Assembly (NCBI RefSeq): GCF_001672295.1
Contig: NZ_JXMS01000024.1
Span: 18,173 to 42,172, forward strand
Origin: Halodesulfovibrio spirochaetisodalis
GTDB lineage: Bacteria > Desulfobacterota > Desulfovibrionia > Desulfovibrionales > Desulfovibrionaceae
Direction of reading: 5' to 3'
Length of the DNA: 24,000 nucleotides
Shown: piece by piece, positions 1 through 7,605 of the stretch
Layout of the letters: every line of letters begins with the position of its first letter
How positions within the stretch are numbered: position 1 is the stretch's first letter
The notes under the pieces: model-generated
What the model was told of the DNA's origin: nothing
Database searches by the model: none
Seen by the model: only the letters and a program-made list of their open reading frames with translations
Made by a program: the position numbers and the translations under genes

Positions 1-30
1 ATTAAAGCGACTTCGCTTAAAGGAGTTTTT

Positions 31-774
31 ATGAATACAGTAGTGCGTAAAATTATTGAAATTGATGAAGAACGTTGTGACGGCTGCGGCCTGTGCGTTC
101 TCGACTGTGCCGAAGGTGCTATCCAGATCATCGATGGCAAAGCAAAAATCGTTAAAGATGAGTACTGTGACGGGTTAGGCGCTTGTCTCGGTGCGTGTCC
201 TCAGGACGCATTGCACATTATTGAACGTGAAGCTCCTGAATTTGACGAAGAAGCAGCTATGGCGTGGGTAGCAGAGCGTGATGCTAAAGAAGAAGCAGCC
301 AAGGAAGCACCAAAGTCCAGCCCATGCGGTTGTATGGGGTCTCATGTAAAAAGCATGAAGACTGTTGAGATTGAGGTTCCGGGCAGCAAAGTTTCCGGTC
401 CTGGTCACTGGCCTCTTAAAATCCGCCTTGTACCGCCGACTGCGCCATACCTCAAAGATGCAGACGTATTAGTTGCAGCAGACTGTGCAGCAGCAGCGTC
501 TCCTATCTTCCACAGCGAGTTTGCCAGAGGCAAAGTAGTACTCATCGGCTGCCCGAAATTTGACGACACCAATGAATACGTACACAAACTGGCAGACATC
601 ATCCGCAACAGCGGTATCCGTTCCATCAGCGTTCTTCGCATGGAAGTACCTTGCTGTACCGGTCTTTCCCGAGCATTGGCTGACGCTATCAAGCTTTCCG
701 GCGTTGGTATTGAAGCTCAGGAAACTATTATGACCTGTGGTGGTGCTAAAGCACAAAAAACTATGTTTGGTTAA
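31..774 (+). CDS. 4Fe-4S dicluster ferredoxin-like protein (FrdX-type, the kind usually found downstream of hybrid-cluster protein hcp)
   Basis: ATG at 31 with AGGAG 6 nt upstream. CDGCGLCVLDC (CxxCxxCxxxC) plus CDGLGACLGACP give two ferredoxin-type cluster motifs. Extra Cys pairs (PCGC, CPKFDD, PCC) occur in the C-terminal domain. The FrdX/hcp association is contextual (Crp/Fnr regulator nearby); hcp itself is not in the window. Confidence 0.8.
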   Translation: MNTVVRKIIEIDEERCDGCGLCVLDCAEGAIQIIDGKAKIVKDEYCDGLGACLGACPQDALHIIEREAPEFDEEAAMAWVAERDAKEEAAKEAPKSSPCGCMGSHVKSMKTVEIEVPGSKVSGPGHWPLKIRLVPPTAPYLKDADVLVAADCAAAASPIFHSEFARGKVVLIGCPKFDDTNEYVHKLADIIRNSGIRSISVLRMEVPCCTGLSRALADAIKLSGVGIEAQETIMTCGGAKAQKTMFG

Positions 775-832
775 CGGCTCTACCAGACATTCTCCATAGA
801 ACGATTTATTTTTCCTTACCTAGCAAAGCTTG

Positions 833-873
833 AAAAAGCCGCAGTGCATATGCACTGCGGCCTTTTCTATTTC
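833..873. terminator. Bidirectional rho-independent terminator between convergent genes
   Basis: Perfect palindromic stem GCCGCAGTGCA/TGCACTGCGGC at 838-861. It is flanked by an A-run (833-837) on the left and cttttctatttc on the right, so a U-tract follows the hairpin on either strand. Confidence 0.75.
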
Positions 874-919
874 TGTGTGCAAGACGGGTAAGCCTTACAC
901 GGTTGCTGCGTTGCTACGG

Positions 920-1279
920 TTATTTCATGTACCCTTTAGGAGCCCACCATCTGCCGCAAGGAGGAACAAAACGTCCTGCGCATGGGGAGGTGCCGCAAGG
1001 CATACCGGTGTAGCAAGGTCTGGTTCTAGGAACTACGATTTTACAATCAGCAGCTTCGCGGAGAACCTTTTTAATTGCGATCTGGTTACATGGCACGGTC
1101 ATTACCGGGCATGGCGGGCAGGATGAGCATTGTGTTTCATCCAGAACCTCAATCTTTTCAACTACAACTACGTTGTCTGTTACTTGAACGGTTTGTGCCT
1201 TAACGGCTGTAGGCAGCACCAATGCAACCAAAACTACTAATGCTGCAATATTACAAGCAATAATTTTTGCTCTTACCAT
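920..1279 (-). CDS. Small secreted cysteine-rich protein, function unknown
   Basis: ATG with GGAGG 7 nt upstream. The N-terminus IIACNIAALVVLVALVLPTAVKA-QT looks like a Sec signal peptide. The mature ~90 aa part has 9 Cys, including CSSCPPCP and PCx5PCx4PCx7PC spacing. I recognise no family. Confidence 0.65.
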   Translation of the reverse strand: MVRAKIIACNIAALVVLVALVLPTAVKAQTVQVTDNVVVVEKIEVLDETQCSSCPPCPVMTVPCNQIAIKKVLREAADCKIVVPRTRPCYTGMPCGTSPCAGRFVPPCGRWWAPKGYMK

Positions 1280-1501
1280 AACGTGCCTCCATCGATAATA
1301 ATTTTAATCTATTAGAACCTGTTACGTTCATCATAAAGGAGTGCAGCTTGCTGCAACACAGACCGTAACACCCTAAGCAATTACCAACACGCTAGCAGAA
1401 AGAACGCAAAACAAACATTACTACAGTGTAATATTGTTGATAAATCACAGTATTTTTTCCTTACTATTGCGCAACAACACTGCATCACACTTTTATTACA
1501 G

Positions 1502-1532
1502 AAAAAAACGCTTTCGGAATTTTCCAAAAGCG
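1502..1532 (-). terminator. Rho-independent terminator downstream of the Crp/Fnr regulator gene
   Basis: On the minus strand: CGCUUUUGG-aaaauu-CCGAAAGCG (9 bp including one G-U pair) followed by UUUUUUU. It lies ~165 nt after the stop at 1697. Confidence 0.65.
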
Positions 1533-1696
1533 GTTTTCTAATTATCGCTGCATTCAATCTAGTAATACTAACAACACGTTGCAGCGCATACTCATCATAA
1601 TCATGATGATGCATAAACACGACACACACTGCAACAATCAGAAATCATATGCTAAATTGAAATACGTAAAATATGTGATTGTACATGTTATACGAA

Positions 1697-2380
1697 TTAA
1701 AGGACAATCTCACCCTCAGCCAAGTCCTCTAGGGCAGCAATATCTTCAATGGTAATTTGTCTGCCTTCAACGGAAACAAGTCCCCTGTCAGCCATCTTAG
1801 ACAACGTTCGGGACAAAGTTTCACGAGCTGTTCCCAGCATGCCTGCGAGCAAGCCTTTTGAAACATCAAGCTTGAAGGTCAGTGCTCCGTCCTTTTCTTC
1901 ACTGGTGTACAGCAAGTAGGAGGCAAGACGCTGCGGTGCTTCATGCAGCGTTAATGCTTCCACCTGTTTGGTAAACATACGTAACTTCTTAGACATTGCT
2001 CCCAGCATTGCCAACGCCAGTGCTGGGTCTTTTGCAATGCAGTCCAGCAGCCCTTTGCGCGGAAAAAAAGCCAGCGTAGATTTTTCAACAGCTTCAGAGT
2101 GCGCAGGAAAAGAGCTGTTCTGAAACACAGCCACTTCACCGAAGGTTTCGCCGGAACCGTACAGATGAATAATGGCTTCACGGCCATCCGGTCCGGTCTT
2201 ATAAATTTTCACCCGTCCTGACAGAACAATATAGAACCCCTCAGCCGGTGCAGATTCGTAAAAAATAATCTGACCGCGGTTCACATCTTTTTTAACCGCA
2301 ATTGCTGCCAAGTCAGCAAGTTGCTCTTCTGAAAGTCCGCTAAAAAATGGCATTCTGGAAAGCACTGAAGTAAGCTGCAT
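1697..2380 (-). CDS. Crp/Fnr family transcriptional regulator (candidate HcpR-type regulator)
   Basis: 227 aa. The N-terminal cNMP-binding-like beta-roll (FYIVLSGRVKIY...GETFGE) and C-terminal HTH (TARETLSRTLSKMADRGLV) are typical of Crp/Fnr. The HcpR idea rests only on proximity to the FrdX-like gene. Confidence 0.85.
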   Translation of the reverse strand: MQLTSVLSRMPFFSGLSEEQLADLAAIAVKKDVNRGQIIFYESAPAEGFYIVLSGRVKIYKTGPDGREAIIHLYGSGETFGEVAVFQNSSFPAHSEAVEKSTLAFFPRKGLLDCIAKDPALALAMLGAMSKKLRMFTKQVEALTLHEAPQRLASYLLYTSEEKDGALTFKLDVSKGLLAGMLGTARETLSRTLSKMADRGLVSVEGRQITIEDIAALEDLAEGEIVL

Positions 2381-2601
2381 GTCGACCCTTTTTCCTATCT
2401 ATAAAGTACGTTGCGCCCATACAAAACACCTGCGCATGGTGAGTATATTCCTTTTATTCAAGTTCGATCACCTTATAGCAGCTTGCTGTCAAACCGTCAC
2501 CCTTTGCCCAAAAAGCACTCATCAGCGTTGCAACCCCTTTACACAATTGCGAACTGTTTCAATCAAGGCTATAGTCTCTCCACCATAATGAGGAGAACTC
2601 T

Positions 2602-2856
2602 ATGAGTAAGATGTCTCAAGGCGTTGCAGCACGTGTAGAAGAGCTGCTCCGCGAACAATTAAGTGAACTCGGAATTGAAGTAAGCAAGCTAGAACCGCAT
2701 GAAATCGCAGAAAACATGACATGTGATGTGTTCTCTGACGAATCCATGATATATTATTGGAAGGGTGAGCCTGTACTGCGCATTGAACCGGAATCCGACA
2801 GCGACGGTTCAACAACATGGCGCATGTATACCAAAGACGATTTGCCAGCACAGTAA
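2602..2856 (+). CDS. Small acidic hypothetical protein (84 aa)
   Basis: ATG preceded by GAGGAG. It is divergent from the Crp/Fnr gene and followed by a strong terminator. No recognisable motif. Confidence 0.55.
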   Translation: MSKMSQGVAARVEELLREQLSELGIEVSKLEPHEIAENMTCDVFSDESMIYYWKGEPVLRIEPESDSDGSTTWRMYTKDDLPAQ

Positions 2857-2948
2857 TACGTCACGCAACAAAGGGTTGTAACGCGGACACGATATCCGCC
2901 GCCATTCCAAACTATGTTGCAACACTATGGCACTCTTAAGCAAATCAA

Positions 2949-2986
2949 AGGGTGATTCTACTGATACGTGGAATCACCCTTTTTTT
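2949..2986 (+). terminator. Rho-independent terminator
   Basis: A 10-bp stem AGGGTGATTC/GAATCACCCT (2949-2958 and 2971-2980) followed by TTTTTT. Confidence 0.8.
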
Positions 2987-3068
2987 CGTCTTTTTTTCGA
3001 TATATTAGACATAGATGACGCTGGAATGAAACGCATTTGTAACCCGTCCATTCCAGACGCAAGCCTGC

Positions 3069-4484
3069 TTATTTACAAAATTTACTAATCTTACGTGCTG
3101 CACTCGGCTGACTTATTCCGAGTGCTTTAGCTGTGGCGACGGTTGTCTTATGTTTCTTGTATGCCCGCGCAACGAGTTTCTTTTCCAGTTCATACAGTGC
3201 ATTTTTTAGCGGCAACTTGTTCTCACGCTCCAAAAAAGCACCGTCCTGAATATGTGACGGCAAATCGTCTTCTGTTATTATTAACTGTTCAGAAATAATG
3301 ACGAGGCGTTCCACTACATTTCGCAACTCACGGACATTACCCGGCCACGAATACATCTGTAAGGCATCTATGACCTCGGGTGAAAAATATTTATTAGTGG
3401 AATATTTACCATTGGATTCTTCCAGCACGTTGTTTGCCAAAGGTAAAATATCTTCTGTGCGATCACGCAATGGAGGGATGTTGAGATGCAATACATTCAG
3501 ACGGAAAAACAGATCGCTACGAAATCGCTTTTTATCCACAAGTGACCGTAAATTCTGATTAGTCGCAGCAATCAATCGAAAGTCCACATTAATAGCACGG
3601 GTTCCGCCAAGTTTCGTCAGCTTTTTCTCTTGAATGACCTGCAGTAATTTTGCTTGTAGCTCCAAGGGCAGTTCGCCAATTTCATCCAGAACAAGTGTTC
3701 CACCATTCGCAAGTTCTATGCGTCCAACCTTGCCTTGCCTGCAAGCTCCGGTGAACGCACCAGCTTCATATCCAAAGAGTTCCGATTCAAGTAAATTTGC
3801 TGGAATTCCAGCGCAGTTAATCTCCATAAGCGGTCCGTCAGACCGGTCACTCTGCTTATGAATAAGGCGAGATATGACATTCTTTCCCACTCCGGACTCT
3901 CCGGTAATAAGAACGTTTGTATCCACCAGCGTAACTTTGGAGACGTACTCCAGCACCCGCTGCATCGCAGGGCTGATGGCCACAACTCCCCACGAAGAAG
4001 GATCGGGGCTTATCACTAACTGGCTGCCATCCAGTGCTTCATTTAACTTTTCGTACTCATTATTGAGTTTTAAAAAATACCGTGAATCAACGGTGTAGCT
4101 GATAACCCACTCCACATCGCCCGCTTTGTCATAAATAGGCACACCAGTAACAATATTACGACCACCAAGCTGGTTATCTTCTACAATTGTTACAGTCTGC
4201 TTGCTCTGTAAAACAAGAGAGGCAACAGAAGGACTGAAGAAACCCTCCGCCTCCATGTCATAGGTAGTTCGTCCAATGATAGAATCTTTAGGTATCCCAT
4301 AGGTACGTTCAAAGCAGCTGCTTACCCAGATAGTCACACCCATTTTATTCACGATAACAACATTATCGTGCATGGATTCAATTACTGAATAAAGATCATG
4401 CACGTCTGGAAAATCAGCATGTGCGGGCGCAGAATCTGCAAAAAAATCTTGTGACCGGTTTTCATAGGGAGTGTAGTTGCGCAT
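3069..4484 (-). CDS. Sigma-54-dependent transcriptional activator with N-terminal PAS sensor domain (RocR/AcoR-like architecture)
   Basis: Walker A GESGVGKN, the GAFTGA sigma-54 contact loop (GYEAGAFTGA), an AAA+ core, and a C-terminal Fis-type HTH (TVATAKALGISQPSAARKI). The ORF-track start at 4490 is TTG. The ATG at 4484 with AGGA upstream is the more likely start. Confidence 0.9.
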   Translation of the reverse strand: MRNYTPYENRSQDFFADSAPAHADFPDVHDLYSVIESMHDNVVIVNKMGVTIWVSSCFERTYGIPKDSIIGRTTYDMEAEGFFSPSVASLVLQSKQTVTIVEDNQLGGRNIVTGVPIYDKAGDVEWVISYTVDSRYFLKLNNEYEKLNEALDGSQLVISPDPSSWGVVAISPAMQRVLEYVSKVTLVDTNVLITGESGVGKNVISRLIHKQSDRSDGPLMEINCAGIPANLLESELFGYEAGAFTGACRQGKVGRIELANGGTLVLDEIGELPLELQAKLLQVIQEKKLTKLGGTRAINVDFRLIAATNQNLRSLVDKKRFRSDLFFRLNVLHLNIPPLRDRTEDILPLANNVLEESNGKYSTNKYFSPEVIDALQMYSWPGNVRELRNVVERLVIISEQLIITEDDLPSHIQDGAFLERENKLPLKNALYELEKKLVARAYKKHKTTVATAKALGISQPSAARKISKFCK

Positions 4485-4637
4485 ACACAAGTCCTAGCAA
4501 AAAGGTTGAGTGCAGCGGGAGTCATTCTGCCAAACAACAACACACTGCCGTAAACGTTCTATCCAAACTTCCTTATGGATAAAATAATGCCCCTGACCCT
4601 AGCAAAAGCACGAAACTCAGGCAAACCGCACTACGCT

Positions 4638-4667
4638 AAAAAAGCCCGAAGAGAACCTCTCCGAGCT
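4638..4667 (-). terminator. Rho-independent terminator after the symporter gene
   Basis: On the minus strand: AGCUCGGAGAG-guu-CUCUUCGGGCU (11 bp with two G-U pairs) followed by UUUUUU. The G-U pairs become C-A mismatches on the plus strand, so the element is minus-oriented. It separates the symporter from the activator gene. Confidence 0.75.
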
Positions 4668-4701
4668 TTTGTTGTAGTACTAACAATAATTACAGAACCG
4701 C

Positions 4702-6180
4702 CTAGTGCAAAGTCGCTGTCTGTGTCTGTGCACGACGCTCCTCATCAGTCATGGTATCAGCATCATACTGCTCAGAAGCAGCAAGACGTGCTTCCCATGC
4801 GGCAAGCTTGGCAGGATTCGGCGGACCGGTCATCAAGCTTACCACCACCAGAACTACCGCGCTGCTTACGATGCCGTAAATAATGGTGTACGCAGAAAAA
4901 GCTCCATACGTCATGATGCATACAGTCGTGATAACACCACTGACAAGAATGGAGTACACAGCACCCTGCGCTGTTGCTTTACGCCAGAAGAATCCGGCAA
5001 CAACCGGGACAAAGATACAACCGGAAAGCAGTGCGTACGCGATATCAAGAGCGTGCATAACGTCACCGATAACAACTGCGAGGAAGAGAACGACAATCCC
5101 TACAACAAGGGTGATCAGACGGGAAAGAAACATCTCCTGTTTCGTATCCATATCGCTGCGGAACGGCTTGACAAGATCATTAATAATAAGAGTCGAAGAA
5201 GCGAGAATAGTGCCGCTCACGGTGGACATCAGTGTTGAGAGCAGACCGGCGACAACCATACCAAGCAGGCCGCTAGGCATAACTGTTACAACCAGCTGGC
5301 CAAGTGCTTTCTGCGGCTGATCAAGGTCAGGGAGAAGCACAAACGCTGCCATACCGCAGATTGCCATTGCACAGCCCCAGAGAACAGAAAAGAAGCCAGC
5401 AGTCACAGTACCGCGAGTTGCAACCTTGCCGCTTTTCGCTGTAAATACACGCTGCCAAATATCTTGACCAATCATGATGCCAAGATACATCAGCAGGAAA
5501 TACATAAGAAGCTGATCCCAGCCAATAGCAAAAGGATCAAAGTAGGAAGGAGGCACTGCGTTAAACAACGCATCAATTCCGCCTGCTTTTTCAATGGAAA
5601 GTGGTACAAGAAAGCCAAATACACCGACCATCATCAGCACAAACTGAATAACATCCGTGATGGTTACAGACCACATACCGCCGAGTAATGTATACAGCAA
5701 TGACACAGCGCCACCAGCAACCATTGATGTGACCATATCCCAGCCGAAAAAGGCATGGAGAACGGTGCCGATGGCGATAACCTGTACTACCGCGATCATT
5801 GCCGTGTAGATACATGAGATAATAGCACTGATATAACGGGCACTGGCGGCGTAACGCACTTCCAGCATTTCACTCAGGCTGATAACACGCAGGTTAGCCA
5901 TTTTACTTGAAAGCAGCACACCCATGCTCATCACGCCTAAACCGTACATAAGTACAACCCATGCCCCTGAAAAACCGAACTGATACGCGAGTTTTACAGA
6001 GCCGAAGGTCGCCCCGCCACCTAAGATAACACTGGCAAGACACGGGAAATACATCCAGAATTTCAAGTTTCGTCCTGCAACAAGAAAGTCTTCATTATTT
6101 TTGGCAAAGAAAATTCCTGCAATCCCACACCCGATCATTACGAAAAAATACGCGACGATAATCAGCAGATCGATAGACAT
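4702..6180 (-). CDS. Sodium:solute symporter (SSS) family transporter
   Basis: 492 aa and highly hydrophobic, with roughly 13 predicted TM segments and Gly-rich helices typical of PutP/PanF-type SSS proteins. GGAG lies 6 nt before the ATG. The start is 3 nt after the stop of the upstream ureohydrolase gene. Confidence 0.8.
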   Translation of the reverse strand: MSIDLLIIVAYFFVMIGCGIAGIFFAKNNEDFLVAGRNLKFWMYFPCLASVILGGGATFGSVKLAYQFGFSGAWVVLMYGLGVMSMGVLLSSKMANLRVISLSEMLEVRYAASARYISAIISCIYTAMIAVVQVIAIGTVLHAFFGWDMVTSMVAGGAVSLLYTLLGGMWSVTITDVIQFVLMMVGVFGFLVPLSIEKAGGIDALFNAVPPSYFDPFAIGWDQLLMYFLLMYLGIMIGQDIWQRVFTAKSGKVATRGTVTAGFFSVLWGCAMAICGMAAFVLLPDLDQPQKALGQLVVTVMPSGLLGMVVAGLLSTLMSTVSGTILASSTLIINDLVKPFRSDMDTKQEMFLSRLITLVVGIVVLFLAVVIGDVMHALDIAYALLSGCIFVPVVAGFFWRKATAQGAVYSILVSGVITTVCIMTYGAFSAYTIIYGIVSSAVVLVVVSLMTGPPNPAKLAAWEARLAASEQYDADTMTDEERRAQTQTATLH

Positions 6181-6183
6181 ATG

Positions 6184-7140
6184 CTACTCCGTTCCAGTGT
6201 GTCGTTTGTTGTAAGCAAGACATGATAAGAATGCATGCATAATTCCGGCTGCAGCAAAGGATGTAATGTCTGCAGTGTCAGATTCCGGCAGAACTTCCAC
6301 AAGATCCATCCCGACAAGGTTTAGTCCCTGGCAGGATTCAAGCATCAGCTTGAGTGCTTCATGTGTTGTAAAGCCACCAATCTCTGGCGTTCCGGTTCCC
6401 GGAGCGTATGCCGCATCGAGAAAATCAATATCAAAGGTAACAAAAACTGGTGTATTCGGAGTAATACGCCTACGGATGCGTTCTACAGCAGCTTCAACGC
6501 CAATGTGATGCAGTTCCCATCCTGTGATGACGTCCATCCCGCTTTCTCGCGCAAATTTTAATCCATCACGGCTATAGAGGGGCCCACGAATGCCCACCTG
6601 TGAGGACTCTTCCGGTTTGAACAGACCTTCTTTGATAGCCCAGTGGAAAGTTGTTCCATGGTTGTATGGCTTACCAAAATAGTCATTACCGGTATCAGAA
6701 TGTGCATCAAAATGGATAAGAGCAACCGGACCATGTTTTTTTGCCACAGCACGCAGTTCCGGCAGTGTAATAGAGTGGTCTCCGCCCATGATCACAGGAA
6801 CAGCGCCTTCCTGTATGACGTTACTAACCCCCTCTTCTATTTTTTCAAAGCTCTCCTCCAAGTATCCGGGAACAATGTCTATATCTCCACAATCCACACC
6901 GGTACACTCTTCAAAAATATCTACATCTAACACTTCATTATAGTTTTTCAGAATACTGGACGCTGCTCGAATAGATTCCGGTCCAAAACGGCACCCCGGT
7001 TTATACGATGTTGCAGTATCAAACGGGACACCAAGAATCGCAAAATCCACACCTTCTGCGGTCGCAACATTAGGCAAACGCATAAACGTACGCACCCCGC
7101 AAAACCGAGGAGATTCTAAAGAATTAATTGGCTTACTCAC
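6184..7140 (-). CDS. Ureohydrolase of the arginase/agmatinase family (agmatinase or guanidino-acid hydrolase)
   Basis: Mn-binding signature motifs GGDHSIT, DAHSD and FDIDFLDAAYAPGTGTPEIGG. The N-terminal FMRLP segment is typical of agmatinase-like enzymes. I place the start at GTG 7140, with AGGAGG 5 nt upstream. The ORF-track start at 7197 is a TTG without an SD. Confidence 0.85.
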   Translation of the reverse strand: MSKPINSLESPRFCGVRTFMRLPNVATAEGVDFAILGVPFDTATSYKPGCRFGPESIRAASSILKNYNEVLDVDIFEECTGVDCGDIDIVPGYLEESFEKIEEGVSNVIQEGAVPVIMGGDHSITLPELRAVAKKHGPVALIHFDAHSDTGNDYFGKPYNHGTTFHWAIKEGLFKPEESSQVGIRGPLYSRDGLKFARESGMDVITGWELHHIGVEAAVERIRRRITPNTPVFVTFDIDFLDAAYAPGTGTPEIGGFTTHEALKLMLESCQGLNLVGMDLVEVLPESDTADITSFAAAGIMHAFLSCLAYNKRHTGTE

Positions 7141-7289
7141 ACTTTCCTCCTGAGATTGCCCTGCCCATGGGACAGTCTCAGCAAAACAAACGGGCAAAAA
7201 TCAAACTACATTCAACATCCACCACAATATATGGCGATAACGTATCAAAATATATTGCCGGACAAGGGCAGGGTATTCCTCCTATAAGG

Positions 7290-7304
7290 GCAAGCAGCAT
7301 GCCA
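7290..7304 (-). promoter_or_regulatory. Sigma-54 (-24/-12) promoter of the ureohydrolase-symporter operon
   Basis: The minus strand reads TGGCAT-gctgc-TTGC. This matches the TGGCAC-N5-TTGC consensus with exact spacing, ~135 nt upstream of the GTG start. Confidence 0.8.
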
Positions 7305-7357
7305 AATCATAACTATTTAAATTTTATTGATATTATGTGTAAGTTTATTTTACAGCC

Positions 7358-7462
7358 TATTCACTTTTGAATAATTTTCAAAACACAACAAAAAGAAATC
7401 CTGTTTTAACGGCACATTCGAGCCTATTCAAAGATGAATAGGCATCCATTCAAAAGTGAATA
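7358..7462 (-). promoter_or_regulatory. Three palindromic upstream activator sites (TATTCA-N4-TGAATA)
   Basis: Site 1 is 7358-7373 TATTCActttTGAATA. Site 2 is 7425-7440 TATTCAaagaTGAATA. Site 3 is 7447-7462 CATTCAaaagTGAATA. Sites 1 and 2 share the flank GCC. They sit ~55-160 bp upstream of the -24 element, with an AT-rich spacer between. Confidence 0.7.
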
Positions 7463-7551
7463 CTGCGTAAAATAAAAAATGATACGACCTATTCTGAAGT
7501 GTTTTCTGCCCCCATAGCAGAACAGCCGAACTGTGCGTTTTTTACTTTGGC

Positions 7552-7581
7552 AAAAAAAAAGCCGCTACCAATGTAGCGGCT
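7552..7581 (-). terminator. Rho-independent terminator of gltX
   Basis: On the minus strand: AGCCGCUAC-auug-GUAGCGGCU followed by a run of 9 U. It lies 25 nt after the gltX stop. Confidence 0.85.
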
Positions 7582-7605
7582 TCTGTATAACGAAATACCA
7601 AGCGA

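Noticed and set aside
830-1126. A 98-aa plus-strand ORF overlapping the Cys-rich gene.
   Set aside because: - It starts inside the terminator hairpin and has no SD.
- Its composition is Arg/Ala-rich antisense-type.
- The minus-strand ORF has an SD, a signal peptide and a terminator.
1434-1450. A possible Crp/Fnr (HcpR-type) site, TTGTTGATAAATCACAG, upstream of the Cys-rich gene. A weaker candidate is TTGCGAACTGTTTCAATCAA at 2547-2566 in the regulator's divergent region.
   Set aside because: - The half-site spacing is N5 rather than the N6 of TGTGA-N6-TCACA, and only one half matches TTGAT-N4-ATCAA.
- The second candidate matches even less.
- Neither can be called without a weight matrix and orthologous regions.
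1381-1629. An 82-aa minus-strand ORF in the AT-rich intergenic region.
   Set aside because: - It spans the rho-independent terminator at 1502-1532 and has no SD.
- It has an odd Cys/His/Phe-rich composition.
- It is most likely 3' UTR or promoter DNA.
3021-3056. Inverted repeat CTGGAATG-N20-CATTCCAG just downstream of the sigma-54 activator gene, considered as a possible terminator.
   Set aside because: - It has a long 20-nt loop and no U-tract on the minus strand.
- The strong hairpin at 2949-2986 nearby may serve both directions instead.
7141-7197. Upstream TTG start for the ureohydrolase (ORF track start 7197).
   Set aside because: - It has no SD and would read through a stable leader hairpin.
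- GTG at 7140 has AGGAGG 5 nt upstream, and the family-conserved N-terminus starts there.
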